Shown here one piece after another: positions 39,889-55,014 of a stretch of 64,000 bases of DNA; position 1 is the stretch's first letter, and every line of letters starts with the position of its first letter. The notes beneath the pieces are model-generated. The model was not told the DNA's origin. It searched no databases and worked only from the letters and a program-made list of their open reading frames with translations. The DNA is from Octopus vulgaris (taxonomy: Eukaryota): NCBI GenBank assembly GCA_951406725.2, contig OX597824.1, forward strand, positions 16,802,001 through 16,866,000. The letters run 5' to 3'. Both the position numbers and the translations under genes were made by a program.

Positions 39889-40281
39889 TCTCTATATATA
39901 TAAAGCTGAAGTTGTCTGTGTATGGCAGGTTTGGTAGCCTTCAACAAACACTATCTTCTCCAAGACCCTGCGGCGCAAGTTGACCAAAATCGAGAGTGTG
40001 ATATAAGAAGGCTTGCTCTTCCTTCCGTAGAAGAAAAAATTCAAATCGGACCACGTTAACACCAAAAATTATTTACATCAAAAAGGTACTTTTTTTCTAT
40101 GAAAATCCATATTTTTTACGATTGTTTGACTGCTGTGTCGCCATTTTTCGGTGTATTTCAACCAGAAAAAATGTTCACTTAAAGAGAATAACAAGCTACA
40201 TGATGTAAAATTTTTACTTTTTAAAAATTCCAATTCTAAAGGCTCGAAACAAACCCGAGCAATGCCGGGCGATACTGCTAG
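39889..40281 (+). mobile_element. Non-autonomous Helitron
   Basis: 5' A|TCTCTATATATATAAA; 3' hairpin CCCGAGCAATGCCGGG (40254-40269), then CTAG|T at 40278-40282; no TSD. Confidence 0.85.
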
Positions 40282-40690
40282 TATTTGATATTTCGCTTCA
40301 CGTTCTATGTAATCAGAGTGGTATAAGTGATAGTTGTAGTAGCATTCATTTTGTCGTCAGTAGTTCGATATTGGAGCATTTGACGATTTTGGCTTAAATT
40401 CTAGACTGGGGGCTTAGAACTCAGAGAGAAAGATTTTGTTTTTTGGTTTATCAGAATAATCCGAGGTTTTTGTTGACGTAACTCCGAATCCCTCTGCGTA
40501 AGAAAATTCCCCATTTGAAGATCGTTTCTGAGTCTTTCTGTGTCTTTATTGTTAAGTAGATGACATTCGTTCTACTCGATCGAAATCTGCCCACTGAATG
40601 TTGTTTCCGCCTTTGCCCTGTCAACAACACTATGAACCGTTGTATGCAATGGAATGAAATATCACGACCATGGTCGTCATTCTAATAGTG

Positions 40691-40741
<51 letters not shown>

Positions 40742-40745
40742 GTTA

Positions 40746-40828
<83 letters not shown>

Positions 40829-40829
40829 G

Positions 40830-41067
40830 TTTATAGGTTTTTTCTTCTTCTATCAAATTTGCTTCCATTTCTTGTCGAGTGTCTTCCCGACTCCTAGGGC
40901 ACAGAAACTCATTGTATACATTGGTAGGCCATTAAACTAAACTCACTAGTTCGTTAATTGTTGTTTTTTTTTATAGAAATAACGTTAAATTAAAATACAT
41001 GGGTAGTAATAGTTCTCACATCGACAATGCTCTTCTCAATACGTGTGATGTACCAGTTAAGACAATC

Positions 41068-41070
<3 letters not shown>
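40830..41070 (-). mobile_element. R4/Dong-like 3' end inside (TAA)n tracts
   Basis: Minus strand KIVLTGTSHVLRRALSM*, the same motif as at 660-720, then a 3' UTR and (TAA)n. Confidence 0.7.
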
Positions 41071-41154
<84 letters not shown>

Positions 41155-41199
41155 GTTATTATTGTTATTATTATCATTATTATTATTATTATTATTCAA

Positions 41200-42830
41200 C
41201 AGATATTACAAACTCATTCAGTTAGAAAGTTGTTAACACCTTTTTTCCTGATGGCAATTCTCTTCAAATCTCAACAACATTTTAAAAAGATTCTTGAGGA
41301 ATGTTGCATGTCACATTTCTTCATGTGAAGAATACTTGCATTAATTCTAAGCACTGTCGGTTAATCGGAATGGATTGGGACTTACTCCACCCTCGTTTGC
41401 TCCCGCTTGTGGCTTTCTTCCTTTTGATACAAATTGTATTTTTCCTCAGGTGTTTATTTTCCATATGCCATATTATTGCAGCTAAGATACAGGACTCTAG
41501 GTTATGTAACTGCAATTTGAAGGTTTGCTGTATTCTGAGTCTCCGAAAATAAGATTGTTTTTCTCACCATCAAGCTAATTAGATGTTGTTTCTAATTTTG
41601 ACTGTATCCTATTAAACTAGCTCAGTGGTTAGAGCGTCGAGCTTACGATCGTGAGGTTGTGAGCTCGAATCCCGGACCGGGCTGCGTGTTGTGTTCTTGG
41701 GCAAGACACTTTATTTCACGTTGCTCCAGTTCACTCAGCTGTAGAAATGAGTTGTGACATCACAGGTGCCAAGCTGTATCGGCCCCCTTTGCCATTCCTT
41801 TGGATAACACTGGTGACGTGGAGAGGGGAGGCTGGTATGCATGGGTGACTGCTGGTCTTCCATAAAACAACCTTGCCCAGACTTGTGCCTCAGAGGGTAA
41901 CTTTCTAGGTGCAAGCCCATGGTCAGTGTCGTGACCGAAGTGGGTCTCATTAAACTAGCTTCCATATGTGTCATTGTTCAATACTAAAAATATATGGGAT
42001 GCACATTATACCTCACTGCTTTTCGCTTTGTTTTTGTAGATTCTCGACTACTTCTGTTCTTATGACTTCCCACGGTAGTTATTCAGAGGCTGTGATCATT
42101 GCTTTGAGTAACCCTGTTTTCCGTGATTCTTTCACTACCCATTCCTCGCAGAAAAATTCTACTACCTCTGATACTTTTGATGCCACGTTGATTTCCATAT
42201 TCTTATACTAACTCCTGGCTAAAATCGTTTTGGGATGAATTCAGACAGCTTATTGTTTAAAGAATCATTGCACCATATTGACAGATTCTTTGAGATCTAA
42301 CAGGAATCCCTCACTTCCGTCATACATTGATTCGAGATGCTTCAGTTTTGTTATGTTATTGATTTCGTCAACGACTGAGAAACATTCTTCTTATTTTGTA
42401 TAATTTCCTGTCTATTTCTCTTCCTTGTTGTTTGTGTTTTTGTTATTCTTATTTTAGCTTATTTTCGAAAGTGCCTAATTTCCTTTCTAAATAGCTAGCT
42501 CCGACTGCTACATATTTTAATTCTTTCACACTGGTGGTATTGATACTTGCACTTATTTTAGTTAAGTCTGTGACGGCTAGGCTTGTGGGGCGTTTTTCTT
42601 ATTGTTGAGTGTTTTTATTCTTATCGTAGAATTTTATCCTTTGGAGTTACCTTTTTGACTCATACCAGGATCTAACTTTTAAATTCTTGAATTATTTTCT
42701 GCTTTAGATTAGATCTTATTTCAGGATTTCATATTCTTAAATATTTTTTACATTCCCTTTCTTTCATATTTCTGTTTGCGTTGTTCCAATTCAGTTTGTA
42801 GTCCTTTTTGTAGTTCTGATGTTTCGATTT
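41200..42830 (-). pseudogene. Decayed non-LTR (probably R4/Dong) ORF remnant
   Basis: Collinear upstream of the R4/Dong 3' end, A-rich on the minus strand, with a residual KTILI..ETQNTAN (pre-YRPI) motif; many stops. Confidence 0.4.
41620..41948 (+). mobile_element. SINE family D insertion with 12-bp target-site duplication
   Basis: ATTAAACTAGCT at 41611-41622 and 41949-41960. Confidence 0.9.
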
Positions 42831-42966
42831 GTTGCATTTTGTTGCTGTCAGAATCGTTAGCAGATGGAAAATTGCTTGTTTTGCTTCACCGTTCTATCTA
42901 AGTTCTGAACGCAAATCCAGCTGAAGTCGACTTTACCTTACATAATTTCCAGGTCTATAAAATAAT

Positions 42967-43266
42967 GTTGTTTGTTCCTTCTCGAGCCATACCTAGCTCA
43001 TAAGGGCCGGTTTCCCGATCTCCTTGGCGTATAGGTTCCCCACCTGGACGGGCGGCCAGTCCGTCGCAGGTGAGCTGCAAGATGCAGGAAAGATTGAGGG
43101 AAAGTTGTGGCGAAAGAGTCAGCAGAAGTTCGCCATTACCTTCTGCCGGAGCCGCGTAGAGCTTAGGTGTTTCACTCATAAACACACACATTGCCCGGTG
43201 TAAGATTCGAACCCGCGGTCCCTCGACCGCGAGTCCGCTGCTCTAACCACTAGGCTATGTGCCTCC
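42967..43266 (-). mobile_element. SINE family B-related copy with V-domain-like tail
   Basis: tRNA-like head at 43195-43266; CTGCGACGGACTGGC...CGTCCAGG segment shared with 63929-63953. Confidence 0.75.
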
Positions 43267-43767
43267 TCTATGAAACTCAAAAGCTAAGGTTGATGTAAAC
43301 GACTGTACTTTCTCTTCCAAACTCCATGCCTTGTGCCTATATCCTTCCAATTTTATTATTATTATTTTTTTTTGCTATTTAGCTTTATCATCGAAGTCAG
43401 CATTCTAATGTTTTACCATATTTCGTCTGTCTTTACATTCTGATTTCAAATTCCGCCGAGGTCGACTTTGCCTTTCATCCTTTCTGAGTCGATAAATTAA
43501 GTACCAGTTGCATACTGGGGTCGATCTAAAATTTCGGGCCTTGTGCCGAGAGTAGAAAAGGATATACAAAACCGAATATTCCTGCGAAATTTGTCACAAA
43601 TATATTTTATTTTAGTTTTGATAGAATATCGTAAAATATGCCTGAAGAATACAAATAAATTCGGTACGTGTCAATGTCTACCTTTCTGCTTTGTTTGCAA
43701 AACATGTGGAGTAATTCCATTTTCTTTAGTTAGTATGTCATCCTTGTCATCGAGTGCCAGTTTACAT

Positions 43768-43890
43768 GTTCTATATTTAAGAGATGAAGAATTATGTACT
43801 TTATTTACATTCGGTGGATATTTGTCCTCATTTTGTTTGTTGTTAACAACAGACAAGTTGAGGACAAATATCCGACGAATCTAAATAAAT
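43768..43890. repeat. Palindromic repeat centred on GTTAAC
   Basis: GGATATTTGTCCTCA...TTGTT|AACAA...TGAGGACAAATATCC; same family as 45910-45982 and 46460-46565. Confidence 0.8.
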
Positions 43891-44188
43891 TAGCACGCCG
43901 TTCTAATTGTTGTAAATATTAAAAAAGAAAAAACGCTAACAATTTGGAAAAAAATATACCATGGTAGAAAATAAGTTTAACAACACGACACTCCTACATG
44001 CGTACAAACATGCATCCATACACATGTACATACATACACACATAATACATACACACACACGCATGCATACATACATACATACACACATACATACATACAT
44101 ACATACATACATACATACATACATACATACGTACATACATACATACATACATACATACATACATACATACATACATACATACATACAG

Positions 44189-44605
44189 AAGGCGGAGGGC
44201 TGGCAGAAACGTTAGCACGCCGGGTGAAAGGCTTAGCGGTATTTCGTCCGCCGCTGCGTTCTGAGTTGAAATTTCTCCGAGGTCAACTTTGCCTTTCATC
44301 CTTTCGGGGTCGATTAAATAAGTACCAGTTACGCACTGGGGTCGATATAATCGACTTAATCCGTTTGTCTGTCCTTGTTTGTTACCTCTGTGTTTAGCCC
44401 CTTGTGGGTAGTAAAGAAATAGGTATTTCGTCTGTCTTTACGTTCTGAGTTCAAATTCCGCCGAGGTCGACTTTGCCTTTCCTCCCTTCGGGGTCGATTA
44501 AATAAGTACCAGTTACGCACTGAGGTCGATATAATCGACTTAATCCGTTGGTCTGTCCTTGTTTGTCTCCTTTGTGTGTAGCCCCTTGTGGGTAGTAAAG
44601 AAATA
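44189..44605 (+). mobile_element. SINE family C dimer inserted in (ATAC)n
   Basis: Head plus two bodies with the same junction as 24101-24708. Confidence 0.9.
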
Positions 44606-45278
44606 ATACATACATACATACATACATACATACATACATACATACATACATACATACATAACATACATACATGCATACATACATACTCTTGACTCCACAA
44701 AACCTAGGAGTCCTAGACTCGAGTCATGTAGTGTATTGCGAAAGAAAGGTCTTGATCATCTGCTAGAATTGCGACAGCAAATGCCAACCAAAGGATTGTT
44801 TACCCAGGTCGAAAATCATGGAAAAGCGCCGTTACAGAGATTGTAGCATTTGAGACCGCGAAAAACACATCGTGTTCATTCTCAGAAGCTAACCAGGAGG
44901 CTGGAATCGCATCAAGTAGTAAGACTAAGGATGAGGTAAAGGGAGGAGAATCTAACTACAGCAATAACGAACGCAGGTGGTGGACCCCATCACTGATTCT
45001 GAAATATTTATCAGTCCATCCGAGTGTGAGGGCAGAAAGTGAGAGGTCGAGGAAAGCTGAGATGAATCAGAAGTGAAAACAGAACGAGTAAAATCCTTGG
45101 GAAGAAGAGGAAAAAACACAAGAGGCAATTAAAAACTGCAAATCAGATATGGCGGTTACAATAGAAGTCTGAGGCACTGCGTGGTCAATCTTTAGGAACC
45201 CCGAATCATGTCGTGTGCTTGTGCGTAGGGAACATATAAATAATACAACTATGTCAATAGATATCACATGCTGCCAAT

Positions 45279-45347
<69 letters not shown>

Positions 45348-46036
45348 GAGAATATTGTGAAAAACGTACAAATCAGCTGTGACTCTGTGCACTGCCCCAA
45401 AATTAAAGGATTATTATAAGCAGGAAACGCTGAGTAAACATAGCTCCCTACTGTTGTTGCTTGGCTCAAGGTCAAACCTTATCGAGTAGGCTTATCATTG
45501 AAAGCATTTCTAACGTAATCACTCCATATTTTTAAAGAGTATATTGGACTAAATCATACACTGCTAATAATGGGCAAGTATTATTTGAGAGAGATTTGCT
45601 GGTTATTCCTTTCTAGCGGCCGACTGATTGTTTAATTTCGTATATACCAATATCAAAGTATGTAAAAGATATATACTCATCTATCAATTATAAATATATG
45701 TGTAAGCAACGATCAGGCAAATAATTAGCGGCATTTCATTAATATTTCGCGTTCTGAATTTAAATTCCGCCGGGGTGGAGTTTTTCCTTTCACTCATCAG
45801 AGGTCGATAAAATAGTTTCAATTTGGTCCTGGGGTCGATGTAATCGACTTAACTCAGCCCCAGAATTGTTGACCTTGAATCAAAATCTGAAAACAATATA
45901 AAAAAATATACATTATTTATGTTATTTACATTGAACGGACATTTCTCCTCATCTTGTTCGCTGTTATCACAACGTTTCGGCTTCTTCTTCTTCTTCTTCT
46001 TCTTCTTCTTCTTTTCTTCTCCTTCTTCTTCTTCTT

Positions 46037-46067
<31 letters not shown>

Positions 46068-46079
46068 TTATTATTATTA

Positions 46080-46158
<79 letters not shown>

Positions 46159-46164
46159 TTCTTA

Positions 46165-46239
<75 letters not shown>

Positions 46240-46269
46240 TATTATTATTATTATTATTATTATTTACTC

Positions 46270-46341
46270 AAGGCACTGCCTAGAATTGAACTCGCAATCT
46301 TGGGGTTAGTAGCCCGCGCTCCTAACCATTACACTATATGC
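46270..46341 (-). mobile_element. tRNA-like SINE head (not called as a tRNA gene)
   Basis: GCATATAGTGTAATGGTTAGGAGCGCGGGCTACTAACCCCAAGATTGCGAGTTCAATTCTAGGC: A and B boxes present, poor acceptor stem. Confidence 0.55.
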
Positions 46342-46432
46342 TCATATAACACGCTGTACAAGATACGTGTTCTCATTTTGTTTGTTGTTACCTTAGTAAT
46401 GAGAACCCAGGGTGCGTTCAAAATACTACCAG

Positions 46433-46476
46433 GACACCCGAAGAAGGCTGGAGAGTAAATCAGCCGAATTGTTGTC
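46433..46476 (+). ncRNA. Degenerate Penelope-type hammerhead motif
   Basis: CCGAAGA-A-GGCTG...CAGCC-GAAT-TG-TT; the inverted partial copy at 45968-45982 retains AGCCGAAACGTTGTG. Confidence 0.5.
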
Positions 46477-46809
46477 GTAACAACAAACAAGATGAGGACA
46501 CATATCCGTCCAATGTAAATAATGTAAATAATGAATAGAATTCCTCATCTCAAAAATATAGAACAGGAATATAAGAATATGCGTGTGTTTGTGTCTGTGT
46601 ATATGTGTCAATCTCTGTGTGTGTGTGTGTGTGTGTGTGTCTGTCTGTCTCTGTCTCTCTCTCTCTCTCTCTCTTTGTCATTTAAAAAGTGTGCATGGCC
46701 TTAGATAAATTGGAAAGGTATGTTCGTGCTGTTCATTCAAGCGATGGCATTGATCGCTCAAAACCGAGTGACAGCAATAGCTTATTGAACGACGCTTCGT
46801 GTGACTATA

Positions 46810-46857
<48 letters not shown>

Positions 46858-47033
46858 TTTTGTCAAGACCCTTCAACCAAGCTTGAAAGAGTAGTTTCAT
46901 TTCGCTCTGATGCTTAGGAGATTTTTTTTTTACTGCCCGCCATCTGTATGTTTAACAACTGAAGTTCGACGGCCATCCTATCGTTTTCTCGGAAGCTTAG
47001 TGTTCTGAATGTAAGTCTCCACGCCTGTATCGT

Positions 47034-47439
<406 letters not shown>

Positions 47440-47669
47440 CTTTCCTTTTGTTCCTTTTCCTTTTCTTTTTTTTCTTTTTATTCCTTTTATTTTATTCAAA
47501 TTTTTTTTGTTCTTTTCTTCCCTTTTACGATCCCTCTTGATCGAAAACCTACGCCACCCCCTTTTTTTTCTTTTGTTTTTTGTTTTTTTCATCCCGCAAA
47601 AGAAAAGCTCTACCTTGTAACTTGTCCCATCTGTGTGCAGCCCTGTGTGGCCAATAAAGAAACTTATCT

Positions 47670-48071
47670 AGGCGTAGGAGTGGGTGTGTGGTAAGTAGGT
47701 TGCTTACCAACCACATGGTTTCGGGTCCAGTCCCACTGCGAGGCACCTTCGGCAAGTGTCTTCTACTATAGCCACGAGCCTACCACAGCCTTGAGTGGAT
47801 TTGGTAAACTGAGGTTAAAAGAAGCCCGTCGTATATATGTATATATATATATGTATGTGTGTGTATATATTTGTGTCTGCGTTTGTCCCCCAACCAATAT
47901 CGCTTGACAACCGATGCTGGTGTGTTTACGTTCCTGTAATTTAGCGGTTCGGCAAAATAGGGCGATAGAATAATTACTAGCCTTACAAAGAATGAGTCCT
48001 AAGGTAGATTTGCTCGACTAAATGCGCTGCTCCAGCATGGTGACACTCAAATGAATGAAACAAGCAAAAGA
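47670..48071 (+). mobile_element. SINE family A copy
   Basis: Homologous to 8476-8940. Confidence 0.88.
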
Positions 48072-48140
48072 GTATCTATCTATGTATCTGTCTATACGTA
48101 TGCATAAGCATACATGCATATATATATACATATATATATG

Positions 48141-48195
<55 letters not shown>

Positions 48196-48435
48196 AGAAA
48201 GAGAGGTGGGGGAGAGAGAGAAGAGTGTTATTTATGGGACTGCGTGTGTGGGTGTGGGTTTGTCTGTGTATGTAAACAAGACTTAATCGATTTTCGTCGT
48301 TATCAGGCTTCAGAAAAATTGTCTACGTATCCTGAACAATTCTAGAGAAATAAGTCGCCACATAAACACATCCCATTTGGAGCTTTACACAACTGCAGCT
48401 ACAAATTTGTATATTATAAGTATTCAGTGCTTTGG

Positions 48436-48593
48436 ATGTGTAGTGAGAAATTTGTTTCCTAACCACATGATTCTGAGTTCATTCCCACTGCGTGACATCT
48501 TTTGCGAGTCTCATCAACTATAGCAACGGGCCCACCGAAGACTTATGAGTGCATTTGGTAGAAGGAAACTAGAAGAAGCTCTTCGTATATCTA

Positions 48594-48632
<39 letters not shown>

Positions 48633-48860
48633 ATATATTCTCTTTCGCCCTTCTACATGTTTCAGTCATTTGACTGCGGTCATTCTGGAGCACCGCCTTT
48701 TGTCGAGCAAATTGACCACAGGACTTATTCTTTGTAAGCCTAGTACTTATTTTATCGGTATCTTTCTTCGAACCGCTAAGTTACGGGGACGTAAACACAC
48801 ACCAGCATCAGTTGTCAAGCGATGTTGGGAGGACAAAAACAGACACACAAACATACATAG
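48436..48860. mobile_element. SINE family A head (+) and tail (-) in opposite orientations
   Basis: Head at 48436-48590 on +; tail at 48640-48860 is the reverse complement of 8730-8935. Confidence 0.75.
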
Positions 48861-49075
48861 ACACACAAAAAAAACACACACACACACACACACACATACG
48901 CACGGACACACGCATACACACACACACACACACACGCACACATATATCTCCATGCATACATGAAACCCTCCAAAACTTGTCTCCGTCCTAGAATCTACTA
49001 CCGGTTGAGTCACAAAAGAAAAATTTGTACAGGAATGGAGAAACATGCGCATTTACATGTCTGCTTATCCACGTC

Positions 49076-49398
49076 GTGAAGGCTCGTGGCTTTGTGCTTA
49101 GGACATTCGGCTTACGATCGTAATGTCATGAGTTCAATTCTCGGTGACGCGTTGTGTCCTTGAGCAAGACACTTTATTTCAGGTTGCTCCAGTCCACTCA
49201 GCTGGCAAAAATGAGTTGTACCTGTATTTCAAAGGGCCAGCCTTGTCGAACTTTGTGTCACGCCGAATCTCCCTCAGAACTATGTGAACGGTACAGGTGA
49301 CCAGGGGATACTCAGGCACTTGTATGCTAAATTTCACGAGCAATCTGTTCCGTTGATCGTATCAGCTGGGACTCTCGTCCTCCTAACCGACGGAGTAC
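49076..49398 (+). mobile_element. SINE family D head with B-type tail
   Basis: Homologous to 33776-34075. Confidence 0.8.
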
Positions 49399-49631
49399 TT
49401 ATCCTTCCCTATATCTGCGTCTGAACGTATTGTTCAACTTGTCTGAGCCTGCATGCTCTTGTGCGTCGGCGTATGAGACTGTTTAGCAGTGAATATATAA
49501 GCAAATGCCCCTGGGCTTGTACATGTAAGGCAAATACAAAAGCGGATGTTTTTTCTAATGTACGTATTTCTCCTATATATATGCATGTACATATGTGTAT
49601 GAGTGTGAGTGTGAGTGTGTGTGTAATTATA

Positions 49632-49664
<33 letters not shown>

Positions 49665-50412
49665 TTATATATGATTAATTCAAAATGCAGAGAAAACAAA
49701 ATCAAGGAGAAAAAACAAACAGTGTGAGGACGTAGCACAAGCAAAGTATTTATACGACGCTCGGAGAAGGAAAAGAGTGGTTGTTTTGCCTTTCGACCAT
49801 CGCTCTTCTTCGGAAACAAGAATAACAAGACAGTCCAAAGGGAAGAAGGAAAAAAATCGCCGACCCTCTTTGTTTTAATTTATAATATTGGTTTCAAATT
49901 TAGGCACGAGGCCATTAAATTCGTCAGAATGAGCTAGGTCAATTTTATCGGTCCTACTACTTAAATGATACTTATTTTATCAACAGGTACTTATTTCATC
50001 GGCCTCGAAAGGATGAAAGGCATGATCAACATCGGTAGAATTTGAATTCAGAACATAAAAACCAAAGGCTTTTCGTCCGAGATGCTAACGACATGCTAAT
50101 CACCATGTGGTAATATATGTATTTACATATGTATGTATGTATTTATGTATGTATGTATTTATGTATGTATGTATTGATGGAACTATACATGTATTCGTGT
50201 TTGTATGTATGTGCACCTGTGTGATTGCGTACAAGTATATCTGTGGCTATAAATACATTAGTTTCTATACACATATCTCTCACAAATACATAGATACGTG
50301 TATGAATGTATATATGTATGGATGTTTATACTTCCGGACGTATGCATTTATATATATGTATGTATTTGCATACAAACATATATATATTTCATACAAATGT
50401 ATATGCAAATGT

Positions 50413-50450
<38 letters not shown>

Positions 50451-50554
50451 GTATATATATAAACGAATACGTATACATATGTGATCATGTGTCTATTTAT
50501 AAATTTCCATTTTTATAAATTCTGCAAAATCTATACGGTAGATACCGTTGTGTT

Positions 50555-50588
<34 letters not shown>

Positions 50589-50891
50589 GTCTTTGCTAAT
50601 GTTTCGCTTACATTAACCATATGTTTTATTTTATTATTTGCTTCCGATAACATATTTTCATACCAATTTTTTCTCCATTCAGAAATTAGTCCATCCACTT
50701 TAGATAGCATCAACATACATGTGCTTGCGCGTACATATACATACACATATATTTATACATACGCAGAAACACACACACACACAAACACATTTTTTCTTTC
50801 TTAAAGTTTTAGCTCAGAGCTGCGGCCATGTTGATGTATATGAATATGCATAAATATGTACGTATGTATGTATATATGTATGTATCTATAT

Positions 50892-50965
<74 letters not shown>

Positions 50966-50979
50966 GTCTATCTGTCTAA

Positions 50980-51057
<78 letters not shown>

Positions 51058-51120
51058 GTCTGTCTGTCTGTATGTCTGTCTGTATGTCTGTCTGTCTATA
51101 TTTCTATCTGTCTATCGATG

Positions 51121-51181
<61 letters not shown>

Positions 51182-51211
51182 ACTTCTCTATCCCTCTCTG
51201 TCTATGTCTCA

Positions 51212-51258
<47 letters not shown>

Positions 51259-51364
51259 CATATATATGTATATATATATATATGTATGTTTGTATGTGTG
51301 GGTGAGTATGTGACTATATGTATGCATATATGTATGTGTATATATGCTTGTTTATATCTACATG

Positions 51365-51401
<37 letters not shown>

Positions 51402-51933
51402 TTGTTCGTGCCTGTGCGTGTTAGATATTCTGCTGTATTTGAATGCATCTTGCTGTCAATGTTATTCTTGTTACTGTTACTGTAATCCTCAGATTATTGC
51501 AGTTGTTACCCCTTATTTATTTATTTCTTTATTTTTTTTTGCTTTTTTTTGTTTCTGTTCTTTCTAATTTTGATGTTGATGTTTTTTCTTGTTGTTGTTG
51601 TGAATGTCGTTGAAAAAAAAATACAGATCTCGATGATGACGACGATGATGACCACGTCGACAACGACAACGATGACGGCGGCCATGAGTACAACGATGAC
51701 GAAGATGGCGATTACGATGATGGCGGTGATGCTGATGATGATGGTGATGTCATTATGGCGTGTAGAGTCTGCATCAGATTGTTTTTTGATGCGCCGTTTC
51801 TTAGCCATAAGCTTGACCTTTCCAACACTGCCACCGTAAAACAAATTTCTACAGCCGCATATTTTTATGCATTAACAGCTGTATACATATCTAGGGCACA
51901 CATAAGCGGGATTTCATATGTGTGTGACTGTGC

Positions 51934-51974
<41 letters not shown>

Positions 51975-52234
51975 CATACATATACATATATATATATTTA
52001 TATATATATATATATATATAACTATATATATATATATATATGTATATGTATATTTGTGTGTGTATATATATGTATATATATATATATGTGTATATATATG
52101 TATATATATATTTCTATATTTATCTCGCCCTCTCTCTCTGTATATATATATATATACATACAAATATATATATATACATATATATACACATACATACATT
52201 TATATATATATATGTATATATGTATATATATGTA

Positions 52235-52319
<85 letters not shown>

Positions 52320-52441
52320 CTATACTGTGTGTCAATATATATAAGTATATATACACTCATAGTAACGCTACACTTTCTCTCGCTCTCATCTTGCATACAC
52401 ACATACATGCATACATACATACATACATACATACATTGGTT

Positions 52442-52477
<36 letters not shown>

Positions 52478-52733
52478 CGTGTGTGTGTGTGTGCGCATGC
52501 GTGTGTTACAGATGCACTCAACGACACACATGCACACACTGAAGTACATGTAGAAGCTTACAGATAGAAATATCTACAAAGTGTTATGAAAAATATATGT
52601 GTGCGTGTGTTTTGGTCCTTATGTGCGTATATGTGTGTGTGTATGCGACTGTGTGTGTGTGTGTATGGCACTGTAACCAACAATTCCATAATGAAAATTG
52701 AAACATAATGAAAAACACACGTATGCGTATATT

Positions 52734-52767
<34 letters not shown>

Positions 52768-53057
52768 CAAACTCACGCATTCACAATCCCTCACACATAC
52801 TCATAATGCACACACGACCATTTCTTCATAAATATAAAGAGAAATTCATGCATACACACACACACACACTCACACACACATTCGTAAGCTTTAACATAAA
52901 AACGAATTTACACTTTGAAGAATGCGCCCCCATCCTGATAAAGCTTTATGTCATATTCCCGTGGGTGCGATTATTCTCGTCTGGGTAGGAATTCTTCTCT
53001 ATGAATAATATTGCATGTCGGCATGGTTTGAGGTTATATCTATGTATATATATGCGG

Positions 53058-53129
<72 letters not shown>

Positions 53130-53171
53130 GTAAATATATATTTATATATGTATATATATGTATGTACACAC

Positions 53172-53238
<67 letters not shown>

Positions 53239-53808
53239 TGAAAGAACATTTCTGTGTGGACGAGGTGTACTTTAGTGAATGGGGGTTGTTCAATATATGT
53301 CCGCTTCTTTATTCTCTCCCTTATTTTTTTATCCCTTACACCACGAGCCGATGTTGGACTCTTCCAGATAAAGATAAGATTTTTTTTTACGGCAAGATTT
53401 TGCTTAGTTGACGTCTAAAACCTCCATGAACTCTGAAGAAATGCTTTTGTGGAATATTACGAAGTTCTCCTTGAGACGCATAAGTCTTCCGCTGAAAATA
53501 GGGAAACAGAAAAAGTGAAAAAAAAAATTGGAGAGGAAGTGGGTGCGACAAAAAGAGAGGGAGAAAGTGAGAGAGAAAATGAAGAAAAAAAATCAGTCCC
53601 AAGTTTTGGCATTGGCATCGGTGGAATTCGATCTCAGTTGGCAGCTGTGAGAAGAAATATTGCTTTGCTGTCTATTAGACGCTCTAAAAAACTCTGTCAA
53701 AAGCATTTTATTTGCGACTTGGGTAGGTTCGATATGCAAAAGGCTTGCTTCTTTATGCTATGTCTATACAAACATACAAGTACACACACACCCATACACT
53801 CACACATT

Positions 53809-53860
<52 letters not shown>

Positions 53861-54197
53861 GTGACGGCGCATGGCTCAGTGGTTAGAGCGTCGGGCTTAC
53901 GATCATGAGGTTGTGCGCTCGAATCCCAGACCGGGCTGTGTGTTATGTTCTTGAGCAAGACACTTTTTTTCACGTTGCTCCAGTTCACTCAGCTGTAGAA
54001 ATGAATTGCGACGTCACAGGTGCCAAGCTGTATCGGCCCCTTTGCCTTTCCCTTGGATAACACTGGTGGCGTGGACATGGGAGTACGGTATGCATGGGCG
54101 ACTGCTGGTCTTCCATAAACACCCTTGCCCGGACTTGTACCTAGGAGGGTAACTTTCTAGGTGTAAGCCCAGTGTCAGTCATGATAGAAGGGTCTCA
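53861..54197 (+). mobile_element. SINE family D, full-length copy
   Basis: Homologous to 41620-41948. Confidence 0.9.
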
Positions 54198-54198
54198 C

Positions 54199-54287
<89 letters not shown>

Positions 54288-54623
54288 TATACATATACAC
54301 ATGTGTGTGTGTGTGTTCCTTTCACTTGAACCATTGAAGTGTCGAAGAAGTGAAAGTAAATTGAAAATAGAGGAGCTTCTGAAAATGCCGAAATTTTCCC
54401 ACAACCTTTAAGACAAGTTTACACCGACGCTTGGAGAGTTGATTACACCAACATTGGCGCTGTGATTACTGCTACTAACATAAGGCTGAGTAATATGAAT
54501 ACGCTAACGGAACTTGTACCACTAGACATCTCCCATTCCTCGGGGGATGGGAGACTTTGCGCCTTAAATATAAAGGTTTCCTGGAGAATTCGGCTTTCCT
54601 ATTTTCCCTTTTCTTTCACTTCG

Positions 54624-54660
<37 letters not shown>

Positions 54661-54699
54661 ACACATATATATGTGTGTGTCTGTGTATGTGTGTATATA

Positions 54700-54915
54700 T
54701 TTTTGTGTCTGTGTTTGTCCCCCACCAACATCGCTTGTCAACCGATCCTCGTGTGTTTATGTCCCAGTAAGCTAAGCTAGCGTTTCGGCAAAAGAGACCG
54801 ATCGGATAAGTACTAGGCTCACAAAGAATAAGTCCTGGGGTCGATTTGCTCGACTAAAGGCGGTGCTCCAGCTTGGCCGCAGTCAAATGACTGAAAAAAG
54901 TAAAAGAGTAAGAGT
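54700..54915 (+). mobile_element. SINE family A tail only
   Basis: Homologous to 8735-8935. Confidence 0.8.
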
Positions 54916-55014
54916 ATATATGTATATATGGATGTGTATTTGTTTGTATGCTTGTATGTATCAGTGTGTTTGTATGTGTGTTTGTGTGTGTGTGTGTTTG
55001 CAGTATATATTCTG

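Noticed and set aside
44700-45245. Possible LINE or exon remnant
   Set aside because: Higher-complexity sequence, but I found no open frame or convincing motif.
53861-53935. tRNA-Arg genes (also the heads at 41620, 26940 and 63722)
   Set aside because: They continue into multi-copy SINE bodies and lack a proper acceptor stem, so they are SINE heads.
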